NCBI GenBank assembly: GCA_036867785.1
Contig: CP145425.1
Span: 186,001-250,000, forward strand
DNA length: 64,000 bases
DNA from: Plasmodiophora brassicae
Lineage: Eukaryota
Direction of reading: 5' to 3'
In this document: one piece after another, positions 23,830 to 35,984 of the stretch
How the letters are laid out: the number at the start of each line of letters is the position of its first letter
Position numbering within the stretch: the stretch's first letter is position 1
Position numbers and translations under genes: made by a program
The notes under the pieces: generated by a model
What the model saw: the letters and a program-made list of their open reading frames with translations, nothing else
The model's database searches: none
Told to the model about the DNA's origin: nothing

Positions 23830-25283
23830 ATGATGGCGGAATGCGAACAGGTCGTCGTCTGCGATGCGCCCGCCCTCGCCTGGATCGCCGACGCCGGCCA
23901 CGCCTCCGCCGCCATCAACGATGAGGTCGGCCTGAAGACGGGCAGGGTCGCGCATTCGCCGGTGCGGAATGAGCAGGACGCAGCTGCGGCGGCCGCCGGC
24001 GGCGCGCGCATCGCCAAGCGCGTCGTCGACTGTCGCACCGCGCCCGACGGCAGACCAGCCCACTACCTCATCGAATGTGAGTCCGCCGGCATTCCCTGTC
24101 GTCCATCGTTTCGTGACGCCTGCGCCCAGGGACGGACCCGACCATGCCCAACGAATGGGTCGATGCCGGCCATGAATTCGCGGACCCGGGCCTGGTCATC
24201 GAGTACCATCGCTGTCAGATTCGCAGATCGTCGTCGATTCTGTCGTCGATGATGGCAAGAGCGCCCACGGCCAGGAATCGATCGCCGTCGCCGCTGAACA
24301 GCAACGCGAACCATCACGACCTGGGCGCCGTCGAATGCATTCTCGATTGTCGAGGGACGGCCACCGGGCGCTCCGAGTACCTCGTCAAGTGTACGTCGTT
24401 GCTGTCGTTTCTGTCCGCTGTGGCCGTGCCTGAATGTGCCTCTCCAGGGGCGAACTTGCCAGTGAAGTCCTGCAGCTGGATCGACGAGAACGCGTTCGTA
24501 CCTGGTGCTCCCGCGTTGGTTGCATTCTTCAGCAAGACGAGCGGCGTCATGCCGTACTCGAGGCGGTCCCCACCGCCGCTCCCGTCCAGCGAAGGGCAAG
24601 GCGATCGGACCGTTGCGATGCGACGCCCGGTCGGCAACGACGACCACGATGATTCCAGCCAGGACGAAGACCATTGCTACCTGCAGTACCCGGTGGGATC
24701 CCTGCCGGCGATGAGGTCGACCCCGCCGGGCATGTCTGACTCAAGTCGGCCGATCAAACGCCAGCGACCCGTCGAAGGACCCACGCTATCGTCGCTACAG
24801 ACGCTGCTGCGAGCAGCGACCCAGGACGGACACGGCTGCCCGCCAGTCTACGAGGATGTGGCGGCCCCGACCCGACAACGACGCTCCCGAAGTGGATCGT
24901 CATCAGGGAGCGGGCCCAAGAAGTGCATTCACGGGAAGACGCCGTATTACTGTACGAAGTGTGGCGGCAAGGGCGTCTGCGATCACGGCAGGCAGAAGTG
25001 CAAGTGCAAGGACTGTGGCGGCAGCGCCATCTGCGTCCACGACAACGTCAAGTACCAGTGCAAGGAATGCAAGCGGCGCTGCGAGCACGGGTGCTTCACG
25101 TACAAGTGCAAAGTCTGCTCGAGGTTCTCCATGCCAGCAACAGCGGCGGCGACGACGCCTACGCCTGCTCCTGCCGGGGCCAGCACCGATGAATCGCTGC
25201 CCGTCGTCGCATCACCTAGTCCAGCACCCGTCTCCGAGGTGTCCCAGACGGTTACGTCGCCTCCGCCTACTGCCGACCAATAA
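23830..25283 (+). CDS. Double-chromodomain protein with C-terminal Cys/His zinc repeats
   Basis: Two chromo-like units (AKRVVDCR...HYLIE/W...NEWV; VECILDCR...EYLVK/...SCSWIDE) and repeats CIHGKTPYYCTKCGG, CDHGRQKCKCKDCGG, CVHDNVKYQCKEC, CEHGCFTYKCKVC. Confidence 0.7.
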
Positions 25284-25458
25284 CACGACGGCAACCCTCC
25301 CTCCCCTTGTTTAAAACCCCCATCTGTAAGAAGAATACACACCCCCTTAGCGTCCAGCAGCAGGCGCGCCCGCGTTGAGTCAACCGGGTCCTACCGCCCC
25401 GACCAGGCGCCCGTCGCATCACGTGACTCCATTCATCCACTACCCTCACCGTCTCCCC

Positions 25459-26598
25459 ATGCACGCTGACGATGGATCCAGCACGCCGCGCCTGTCAACG
25501 GCGTCGCTGGCGCGCGACATCAAGTTAATCCAGGAGTCGCCGCGCGACAAGGGCCAGCGCCTGACGAGCGACACCGTCGAGCTCGTCCGGGACCCGCTGT
25601 CGCCGCCCACCGCCCAGGGCACGTACTTTGTCAAGAACCGCAAGACGGGGAAGCAGGTCGGCGTCTTCAAGCCGGCCGCCGAGGAGGCCGCCATGCAGAT
25701 CCGTCGCAAGATGTCCATCCATGCCGTCATCAAACGGGTCAGCACGCGGTGCATCGCACCACCGTCTGCGTCTACTGACGCGCGCGTCTGTTAGGGCATT
25801 GTTGTTGGTGACGCGGCCGCGAAGGAGCGGGCGGCGTTCCTTCTGGATTTCGACGGGTTCGCCGGCGTCCCCAAGACGGATTTCGTGTCGGTCGTCGACC
25901 AGGGCAGTGGGGCGGAGCACTATGGGAGCCTGCAGGAGTTCGCCGAGCACATGTGCACGTCGGAGGACCTGGGCCCGTCCAAGTACGACCTGGAGAACGT
26001 GCACGCCGTCTCGCTGCTCGACCTGCGCCTGTTCAACCTGGACCGCCACGTCGGCAACCTGCTGGTCAGCAGGGGCGACCGCCCGGACACGTACCGGCTG
26101 ATCCCGATCGACCACGGGTTCTCGCTGCCGTCGTTCAGGACGCTGTCCGACGCCATGTTCTGCTGGTCGGACTGGCGCCAAGCCAAGATGCCGCTGTCGG
26201 CGCGCACGCTCGCCTACATCATGAAGCTGAACCCGGTGGAGGACATTGTCGCGCTCAAGCGGATCGGCCTGCGCGACGAGTGTATCATGACGTACGTGCT
26301 GTGCACGCTGTTCGTCCAGCATTGCACGCGGGCGGGCCGCACGCTCTACGAGATGGCCGGGGCCATGCAGCGCGACCTGACGGACGACGAGTCCATGTCC
26401 GTCTTCGAGACGCTCGTCTGCAAGTCGTCGTACGACGCCGAGTTCGACGACTTCAAGTTCGACGACCAGGCCTGCACGTGGACCTGCGATCGCGTCCAGC
26501 GCTTCCTGGACGCGTTCGACAGGAACGCCCGCGCGCTGTCCGGGTCGGCGTCGTTCCGGCCCGAACCGGACGGGTTCCCGGCCAAGTTCACCTCGTAG
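25459..26598 (+). CDS. Type II phosphatidylinositol 4-kinase (PI4K-gamma-like), 2 exons
   Basis: GTYFV..VGVFKP..EE, KERAAFLLD..FAGVP, GSLQEF, NLDRHVGNLL, LIPIDHGFSLP. Confidence 0.9.
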
Positions 26599-26797
26599 AT
26601 GTCCACACATTGTTTTCTAAACACGCAGCTCTGTTAATACGCGGCCGTAGCCGAGCACGGCTTAACCGTGTTCTCTGATTCGTTCTATACGCAAAGTCAG
26701 TCGCTCGGCGTTGAGTCACGGTTCCCGGGCCCCGGAACGTGGGTCGGTCCGCTTCGGACCGCGCAGGGCAATCACCAATCGCTGCTTCCCAACCAAA

Positions 26798-27871
26798 ATG
26801 GCGTTACGACACGTGGCGCTTGCCGCTGCGATCGTCGCCGCCCTTGCCGTTCACGCTCAAACCGATCCGACCAGCACGCCTGCTCCTGCGTCAAACGCCC
26901 CATCGCCGTCGTCGTCTGACACGCAGACTTCAGCGACCGCCGCCGATCAGGCGACGCCCGGAGACACGACGACGACGACGACGGTCACCGATCAGGAAGC
27001 GCAACCGTCAACGTTTACGACGGTGACCGATGACGGTGGAGCGGCGCCGTCAACAACAACGACAACGACGACGACCGAAGAGATGGACGAACCGCAGGTG
27101 ACGTCCACGACAACAGTCGAAGAAGACGTTCCAGTGTCGGATGGGGCAGCCCCCACAACCAGAACGGTGCCCGCGACGACAACCAGAACGATTCCTGCGA
27201 CCACGACAACAACCGTACCTGCACCCGCACCGGCTGCCCAGCAGGTTCCCATGCCTGTTCCCGTTCCAGTTCCAGTTCCGGCACCACCTGTCCAAACCGT
27301 GCCAGTACCGGCGCCGGTTCCTGTTCCAGTACCGGCACCGGCTCCTCTTCCAGTACCTGCACCAGTCCCCGCCGCATCGTCGGCGATGTTGCCGTCGGCA
27401 ACGGAAGCCGTCAGGCCTGTCAACGTCGAACGTATCGTTGACCACGGCATCCACGATCATGTGTTCGACGACCACGTGTTCGACGACGACGAAGCGTTCG
27501 TTGTCGACGAGGACATCGATGACGGCGACCATCTGCACGACGCCGAGCACTTCCATCATCGCATCCACCACGGGAACCTGCATCCGTTGCTGGGCCACGA
27601 CCACCTCCTGCACCACCACCACCACCACCACCACCCGCTGCACAACCTGCTCGAGGACAACGTCCACGAGCTCCTCGACATCGCCCCGCACGACCACCAC
27701 GACTACGTCGACGGCGACGACGACGACGACGACGACGGGTTCCACAGCCACCTGCACGGCATGCCCTTCGACCACGACGATGATGACGACGACCACCACC
27801 ACCACCACGCCCACATTCGCCATGCAGAGTTCACCGGCTTCTCGCCGTTCCCTCTGATGCACCACCACTAA
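26798..27871 (+). CDS. Secreted low-complexity protein: Thr-rich, PVPV-repeat, His/Asp-rich tail
   Basis: Signal peptide MALRHVALAAAIVAALAVHA; poly-T runs; (PV)n; HHHHHHHH and DDDDDDD runs; intronless. Confidence 0.8.
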   Translation: MALRHVALAAAIVAALAVHAQTDPTSTPAPASNAPSPSSSDTQTSATAADQATPGDTTTTTTVTDQEAQPSTFTTVTDDGGAAPSTTTTTTTTEEMDEPQVTSTTTVEEDVPVSDGAAPTTRTVPATTTRTIPATTTTTVPAPAPAAQQVPMPVPVPVPVPAPPVQTVPVPAPVPVPVPAPAPLPVPAPVPAASSAMLPSATEAVRPVNVERIVDHGIHDHVFDDHVFDDDEAFVVDEDIDDGDHLHDAEHFHHRIHHGNLHPLLGHDHLLHHHHHHHHPLHNLLEDNVHELLDIAPHDHHDYVDGDDDDDDDGFHSHLHGMPFDHDDDDDDHHHHHAHIRHAEFTGFSPFPLMHHH

Positions 27872-28076
27872 AGCTGTAGTCGGCCCCGATATTGCGCTCC
27901 GGGTGTTCAAACAGGAACGGTCCGGAGCGGAACCGGAGTTGCGCGCGCGCTCCCGACTGCTGCGGACACGCCACGTGTGTGCGGCCGCGCGGCAGCAGCG
28001 TCCCCGTCGGAGCGCGTCGCCATTCCGCATGTTGCGCAATAGCGTGCCGAGGCGGCAGGCCAACCCCGCAGAAACC

Positions 28077-29666
28077 ATGGCGGCGTGCGGCGGACTTTGC
28101 TGCAGGCCACCTCATCAGGCCGACGGCCCGCCTGGTGTCAGTCACCTGGACCTCGGCGCCGTCCGGCGTGGCGGATCGCTCGTCGACGAAGAGAACAACA
28201 GTCTATTCTGGAACGCTGCGATGGGCACCACAGCCGACCCGGAAACGCGGGCCTGGGACGAGGAGCAGGCCGTCCCAGGGAGCCAGTGGCATGTAACATA
28301 TCGTGCCGACGGGCGCGCCCGCACCGGATACCCCCGGGCGTCTGGAACTTCTCCAGAAACACAAAGGGGGTGGTCCCGCGCGCTGCACGCACGACGCCAG
28401 TGTCGGTTGATCACCGGGAACGCAGGCGTTCCCGTGCTAGATGACAACGACGGCGACGTCGCCGGAGACGAGACGATGCGAACGCGACCAGCTGGTGGCC
28501 GGGCTGACGTCCCAGTACCACATCGGGAGGTGCCTGGGCGAACCCGGCGCCTTCGGGTCCGTCTTCTCCGTCCAGGACCGAATCACCGGCGAGAAGTTCG
28601 CCGCCAAGATCCTCAAGATCCCAGCGGTCGACTCCCCGCACTACGATGTCCTCATGAACTTGTACAGGAAGGAGGTCGACATCCTAGGTGACGCCTCGTT
28701 CGTGCGCTCACACGACGCGCCCGAGCGTGCTAACGGCGCGCCACAGGTAGCCTGAACCACACATCGATTGTTAGGCTGGAGCGCGTCATCCGTTCGGCGT
28801 CGCACATCTACCTGGTCATGGAGCGATGCATGGGCGGCGACCTGTTCGACTACATTGGGGAACGGGGCGGTCGCCTCCCTGAACGCGAAGCCGCGATCAT
28901 CTTCCGGCAGGTCAGGGGCGGGCGCCGCCGTCACAGCCACCCTATATCGCGCCCGTGATGACGCCGCGTCCAGGTGCTCGACCCGGTCGTGTACCTGCAC
29001 GAAGTCGCCGGCGTCGCCCACTGCGACATCAAGCTGTCCAACATCATGTTCACGAAGCCGAAATCGTGCCACGACATCAAGCTCATCGACTTCGGGCTGT
29101 CGTCCCGGTGCCAGGCCGGCGCCGTCCTGACGGGACGCACCGGGACGACGGCGTTCATGGCCCCCGAGCAAATCAAACAGGTCGACCGCGTGCCGATCGG
29201 GATTGTATGCACCCTTCTTCCATCCTGATCACGCCTGCACCCGCACAGCGATACGGCATGCAGGTGGACCTGTGGAGCCTGGGCGTCGTCCTCTACATCA
29301 TGCTCTTCGGCTACAGCCCTTGGTCGGTGCAGGTCCACCGCGCGACGCGACCTGTTCTGATTATATCGCCCAGGGACCCGTATTGCACGTCGGACAACCG
29401 CACGATCGAGTCGGTCGTGCTACGAGGGTTCCGAAACGACACGATGCCTGGCCACGGTAGGCACGCGCACGCCACGTGCGAGCGAACGTTCGCGCTGATT
29501 GTTCGGTTCGCGCGCGCCTTCAGGGCCCTGGTTCCCCAAGTCGATCCCGGCGTCCGACCTGGCCAAGGACCTCATCCACAAGCTGATGCGGTACAACCCG
29601 GACCATCGGATCTCGGCGAGCGACGCGATGGACCACCCGTGGATCGCCCTGCACGTCCCGTCGTAG
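28077..29666 (+). CDS. CAMK-group Ser/Thr protein kinase, multi-exon
   Basis: LGEPGAFGSV, FAAK, YLVMERCMGGDLFD, HCDIKLSN, LIDFGLS, GTTAFMAPE, VDLWSLGVVLYIMLFG, DLIHKLMRYNPDHRISA..HPWI. Confidence 0.9.
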
Positions 29667-29764
29667 AGACAGACGTCTAGCGCGCGCGATGCGTTAACAT
29701 GGTGTATGATATTCGCGTTTTATATGAGGGTGGGGCGGGGTGGGCCGGCCTGCTCGGTGACTAT

Positions 29765-31940
29765 TCAGAGCAGGTCGGCAGCGTTCTGCAGGAACGCGAT
29801 GAAAGCGTCCATGGGGACGACGGGCGGCGCGTCCTGGGCGACGCGCCCGATGCGCACCTGGATGAAGTCGTCGTCGGCGCTGTAGACGGTGCCCTCGTCC
29901 AGCAGCATGACGTCGTTGTGGTCGGCCTGGAACGGGACGGCGCCGCCGGCCCTGTACGCGTCCAGCGGGAGGAACCCGGCGGAGACGGCGACCTGGTCTT
30001 CAGGAACAAACCCTTGGTCGATGCCGGACAGGTCGAACGAGAAGCAGGACGGCAGCGTGCTCTCCATCGCCGGGGTGGACGCTCCTGCGCTGGCTGTATG
30101 ACGAACAGACGAGGGTGCGCGTTTTAGCTTCGTGGGAAACGGTCGTCCAATAGTGAAGTGGCGATGTACAGCGCGAGATCCTTCGACGATGTTGGGCGGT
30201 GGAGCGATGACTCACGCCCACCGGGGGGCGGCGTGACACATCGCCATGACGTTCGACGACGGCGATGAGTCAAGCGGCGGCGCCCACCTTCACCAATGTC
30301 GCAATACACGTTTATGCCGCATGAGGTCGTCGATTCGGTCGGCGTGTCGTTCCGCCCCGATCCGGATCACGTCCTCGAGCGCGCGCCGCTCCTGTTCCGC
30401 GTTGGCAACCTCGACCTGCAGGACGCGTGTCTCGTTGAGCGCGCGCTGGAGGTCAGCGTCAGCGGCGTCGACGTCGTGGAGGGCGCGGTCGAGGTCGCCC
30501 TGAACGGCCTCCTGGAGCCCACGCTCGATGTCGAGCTCCCGTCGCAGCCGGTCGACCCTCTAGGTGTGTGTGCGCGTCAGTTGACGATGCACAGACGGGA
30601 GGGGGTGGTCGCCACGACTGACCGCGCGCTCCACAGCGAGTTCGTCCAGTCGAGCCTGCCGTATCGCATCGGACACGTTCAGCGGAACGACCGCCTTGAC
30701 ATCGTCGTCGACGTCGTCGGCAACGCTGCCGCCGTCTGACGACGAGGACAGTGAGCTTGACGACGAGGACAGCAGCGTCGCTTGTGGAACGCTGCTGCGT
30801 CGTACTGAGATAGACGTTCGTGGGCCTGTCGTCTGCGTTCCCGCATCCCTCGTCGTCTTGGGGGACGCGGCACACGCGTTCTGCCCGATGCGTTGGACAG
30901 GGGAGCGCCTGCTGCCGCGCCTCGAGGGCATGCCGCTGCTGCTGCTGCTGCTGCTGGCCGACGATGTCGAAGGTGGCGCTGTCGTCCGGAGGTTGATGGC
31001 CGGATTCTCGAGGACGGGACGTCGCCTGCTGTGCCGCAACGTCGCGGTACTGTTCAGCGACGACGACGACGACGACGACGACAACGACGATAACGATTTC
31101 CGTCTCGACGATGCACGACGCGAATTGCTGTCGCCTTTCCGGAGCGTTCCGTTCGTCTCGGCGACGTGGCGGGCATCAGGTCGACCGTCGCGCGACGAGC
31201 TTCGTGACGAAGGCGCTGGGCTTGTCGTATCCGTTTCGACGTCGCACGTCGCAGGGCGTTTGGGCGTCGCCGACTGGTAAGACGTGGCCAGCGGCGACGA
31301 CGATGGTGCCGGTGCCGATGGGACAGCGGATCTGGTGGCAAATGGTTGTTCGCGGCGTACGCTGAAGAACGCTTTGTTCCACAGCAGGCGGTACCGTGTC
31401 GAGCAGTGTCTGACCCGCGCCCGAACGCGACCGACGTCAGGGATACGCTACCGAACGTTGAGCGCGATGTGCTGGCGACGGTGACGACGACGACGATGAT
31501 GACGTACCAGTGTGGACGGGAGACGACAGATGGTGCCATCGGTAGGCGGGTTCGTGTCGAACGGTACCAGCAGGCGCCGTTTCTGGACCTGGTCGAGGAG
31601 AAGGCAGGCGTACTTCGTCGTCTGGTCCTGAACGACGCCATCGTCGACAGACGCCTCTCGGACCTCCATCAGGTGCCGCACCTGGCCGCGTTCAGCGAAA
31701 AGAGGACCTTCGTTGCGCCGGCGATCACCACCGTCCTTACCCAGCGAACAACGACGAGCGCATCGCGAACCGGAACGTGTTCCGTAAACTCCTCGATCTC
31801 GAACACAATCTGCTCGAACTTGTTCTTCGCCTGCGCCGCCCTCGCCGTGGTACCCATTGTCCCGGCTGATCCGACGGTACGCATGAACGGTCCACCTTAA
31901 CATTCGCTTCATCAGGGAATAACGCAGGCGCCCGCTCCAT
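29765..31940 (-). CDS. Hypothetical multi-exon protein (Ser-rich linker, coiled coil); may be one or two genes
   Basis: Minus-strand ORF chain starting MERAPALF (31940), with a Ser-rich region, a coiled-coil region at ~30300-30700 and a terminal exon ...FIAFLQNAADLL*. Confidence 0.45.
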
Positions 31941-32040
31941 CGCCTACAGTATAACTCCTCCTATTAAGGTTCCTTCTAATCAGCCCTGGATGCTAAACCA
32001 AACCCGTTTATGACCCAAAAGGCTGGGTTTTTCATGCTCC

Positions 32041-32148
32041 AGACTTACGCATTTCAAGGTCTTATTAGAAAGACTTACGCATTTCAGGGTCTTATTAGAA
32101 AGACTTACGCATTTCAGGGTCTTATTAGAAAGACTGAATGCATTTCAG
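32041..32148. repeat. 30-bp tandem repeat x3 plus partial copy
   Basis: agacttacgcatttca(a/g)ggtcttattagaa at 32041, 32071 and 32101; a diverged inverted copy lies at ~31965-31993. Confidence 0.95.
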
Positions 32149-35100
32149 GCGTGCGATTAAAATCCCTCATTCCACGGGCCGCGCCCCACACGGGGTTGCG
32201 CGCAAAATTTGCTGTGCGCGAGTGGGGTTCCCCGAAGGGCGAGTTGGGGGGAGTCGGGGGAGTCGGGGGAGTCGAGGTCTGAGGGAGGCGCCCAAGCGTC
32301 AGGGTGCTCCGTCTGTGAACGCTTGTTTGCGAGTCGCAGTTCGCTTAACAAGCATGCCCCGAGCATCGTGTCGTTTGCCCGTTCGATGGTAGCAGCAGAA
32401 AGTATGCGACTTCGGCATCTCTTCGCAATCACGTTTGCGACAAGCATCATTGGGTTATGGGATCGCTGAGCACTTCTAAATCGAATTTCCGATGCGATGT
32501 ACCCCAGAAGGTCCTCGTTAATGGTCCATCTCCGACAGGTCTTATTCGCCTGGTCGTATCTTCTCCGCCTTTCTGACATACTGGAAGATCCACTCACGTG
32601 AGGTATCCACCGTCGAGTACACGTTCTAGACGGTTGACGAATTTCCGCCACGTTGCCACCATAGCATGCCAGGTTTATTTCAACAGCGCTATCTGGCACG
32701 GAACTCCGACCAAATCATTGACTCCAGCAGTGCCTCGTCGATGATGTGATCCGGTGGTATAAGCGGCATTTCCATTGGACATCCACCAAAGTGGGTTTCA
32801 TTGACTGCGAGGCCGACAGCCTCGCACCTGTCGCATCGGATCTCACCGCCCCGAGCACGGTTGTACTCTCTTTGACGACGGACGAGCTCGGCAACGTAGC
32901 TGTTGTACCTGCGAGACGATTCTGCATCATTGCACATCGGTATAGGTACCGGCGGCAGAAGACCAACGCCAGTATTCGCTGCATAAGAACCAACCGTATC
33001 AGTTGGGTACCGAAAAGGCAAATAATGGGTAACTGACGATCGAAGTCGACGTGTCGCCACTCATACTGGTCATTGCGCACCTCGTCATTTGCTGCTGGTG
33101 ACGCTTCGCCACTTTCTGATCCGACAGCCATGATCAGCGACAGACACATTGTAGGCTCCAAGCAGTCTCCGTTATACCTCGGAGTTGAACGAGACTAGCA
33201 TCTGTGTTCAGACCAAATGTCAATGAAGGATATCTAAACAGAATGGTTACGGAGACAGACCTTCATTTGGCTGCAACATCTTCGACAGAATGGACGCAGT
33301 CTCCTCATCGGTCGGGCCCGACAATCCACGATGCCGTTTCCTGTTAGTGTCTGCTTTCTTCTTTGCAGGAAAACGTATTTGCCGTTCAAAACCTGCACGA
33401 GAACCAACACGCTCCTTGTCAACACCGTTGAAGCACGGGGCGGCACGAAGACGATTGCAGGCTTCTGATGCAGCTGTTACTACGTTGGGTAATGCATCAG
33501 CCAAATCCCGTAGTGCAGCTAACTGCTCATGGGTGCAAGGTCCAGATGATTCCAACATGGTCGACATCGACTGGATTCGGAAACCCAACTCCTGCGCCGA
33601 ATAGTAATTCAATACTCGCGATTAGAACATTTGTCTTGGTACCTTGTAGTGTCGATAAATACTCATCCCGAGCCTCAGATGCTCGGTCTCTGCGATGCCG
33701 TCGTCAGGTGCCGGCAAAGAATGATCGTGCATTAGCTCGCCCTCTTGATGCGGAACGTCATCAGCATGTTCGCCGTCATCTGCCGGCGATTCTCGGGAAT
33801 CGATGATTGAAATGCTGACTGGTGCTTGCCGGTGCTCTTGTGTGGTAATCGTATCAGGATGCCAACATCCCAAGGCGAGTCCGGTCGCCAGTATGTGCTT
33901 GCATGTTTCTCCCGAGTGATAGTCGGCGCATTCGCATGAATGTGAGTGTCGACAGACTCCACAAATGCGAAACGCCTTGCAAGCATCGAACGGTTGAGAC
34001 GCTTCGTCCTCGGAAGATTCCGACCGGTCTTCGTCGCCGTAGATAGCAAAACGGTGCCCTAAGAAGCTCAGATGATGGGAATATGAAGGTAAGACTCTAA
34101 GCGGCCACATACGCTGGCAGGAACTTGAAGGTCCGATCTGGGCGACGACGTATGCTTTGTCGCGATTACTACCTCGAACGGACCAGGTTTGGCCGGATAA
34201 CTGTCCCACCGCGTCGCGACTGATCGTGAGTGCTGAATGTATCCGACTGCGAAGCCGTCTACTGCAGCCTCGACGATCAAATGCAGTCCCCTTTCTGTAT
34301 ATGACCGCAAATAAGTACCAGCCATTGGGGTCTCTTTACGACAGACACCTACAGTCGATACTGAAAAACAAGGTCCTTAACAAGACGCTTCAAAGCACGA
34401 AGTAGGAGCAGGACACGACGACATCGTTTGCCATGCAGGTACACGTACTTAAGAACTCGATGGAAGGCCTCCGGATGAGCAGTGGTCCCAGGTAGTTCAC
34501 AATGTCGGTAGCATATTGCCCACATCTCTTTGCGGGGAATATAGTACTTCTCGAAGTAGGTCTGCATCGCAACAATTAAATACACAATACTTGGAGAAAT
34601 ACCATAGAGAGCCACTGATACCCTGAAGTCTGCAGCTGCGTCTTCGTCCCGTAGTGACGACATGAATGCGCAGAGAGCTTGCTCGAACTCTGGAACGGAA
34701 CGGATGCGCCTAAGAACGCATAACTCTTTATAGACCCTAAGCCGAACACCTTGATCCCGAATTTTCTCTCTACACTGCACACAAGTCAAGAAGGTAAAAA
34801 GTGTAATGATATGAGAGAACAAACCTGACGTCTCCAATTCTTATCAATATGCCATATGCATAATATGTGGTTCTTCAGCGTCGGAAACACCGATCGAGCG
34901 ACGTTCCAGCAGACATTATCGTCGTCCGAAATCATTGTCGTTGGAGCAAAGGACTCAGGGAGGCGAGACTGAAATGTTATCAGTATACGTACCGAATTTA
35001 GGAACTGTTGTCGTAGGTGCAAATTACCTTTATAACGTCGAACATTGGTCGGATAAATGACTCACTCACTCCTGAACTCAGACAGAAACACACTGGCAGG

Positions 35101-35881
35101 CCACTGTTGGTGTCTTGGTCAACGACCAGGATCGTTGTCAACAGGAACCCGTGCATCGTCAATTGATGAGTTGCATCTATAGCAATAAGGCTATTTCCGA
35201 AACGCAACAGCAAATCTCGCTGCGCCTTCGTCATGAGAACGAGAAAGAAATCGTCCATCTTAAGTGGTAAACTGTCGTCGCCGATTCCGCATGCTGACAC
35301 CAACAAGTTATTCGGAAATATTATCGACTAACTAACACGTCAAACGTACGTTTGTAATGCAGCACCGGATCCCATGAGCAATCGCTCGACCGAAGTTCTC
35401 GCAAATAATCGTCTGTTGCTGTAGCGTCGTCCGACGCTATGCCCTTCTTTCTCTCGAGACTTGCTTGGATGGCCATTAACGATGACCTTCTGGGGAACAT
35501 CGCATCGCAAAGGTCGCATCGGAAATTGGACTTAGCAGTGCTCAACGACCCCATACCATGATGATGCTTGTCGCGGACGTGGTTGCCAAGAGATGCCGAA
35601 GTCGCATAAGTCCTGCCGCAACCATCGAACGGGCAGACGACACGATGCTCGGCATGCGTCTTGGCATGCTTATTAAGCGAGCTGCGACTCGAAAACAGGC
35701 GTTCACAGACGGAGCACTGTAACCCTGACGCTTGGACGCCTCCCTCAGACATCGGAAACCACAAGACACGAGCCTCGACTCCCCCCAACTCGCCCTTCGG
35801 GGAACCCCACTCGCGCACAGCAAATTTTGCGCGCAACCCCGTGGGGCGCGGCCCGTGGAATGAGGGATTTTAATCGCACGC
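32149..35881 (-). mobile_element. Mutator-like element (MULE) with long TIRs and 9-bp TSD
   Basis: TSD GCATTTCAG at 32140-32148 and 35882-35890; ends GCGTGCGATTAAAATCCCTCATTCC / GGAATGAGGGATTTTAATCGCACGC; inverted homology 32149-~32530 vs ~35470-35881. Confidence 0.93.
33247..35752 (-). pseudogene. MULE transposase with N-terminal C2H2 fingers and SWIM domain (multi-exon, probably disrupted)
   Basis: C2H2 CSVC..H..H and CPFDGC..H..H; DDE IAIDATH, MISDD, LCIWHIDKNW, HPEAFHRVLK; SWIM CECADY..TCKHIL. Apparent stop at 34349 and frame breaks near 34.1-34.3 kb. Confidence 0.85.
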
Positions 35882-35984
35882 GCATTTCAGGGGGTCTGGA
35901 CAGACTGAACGCGGTGATTGGACAGTGTTTTTGTCGGTGTACCGGGAGCGATACCTTTGACGTACTGAGTCGCTGGTTCGGACG

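Noticed and set aside
25525-26610. Long antisense ORFs over PI4K (likewise 27050-28078, 46614-47732, 55471-56949, 61991-63010)
   Set aside because: Shadow ORFs caused by high GC3 codon bias of real genes on the opposite strand.
29020-29045. HCD instead of HRD in the kinase as a pseudokinase sign
   Set aside because: Catalytic Asp, DFG, beta3 Lys and APE are intact; HCD occurs in active kinases such as PKD and DYRK.
32041-32130. 30-bp repeats as a CRISPR array
   Set aside because: Head-to-tail with no spacers, no cas genes, eukaryotic context.
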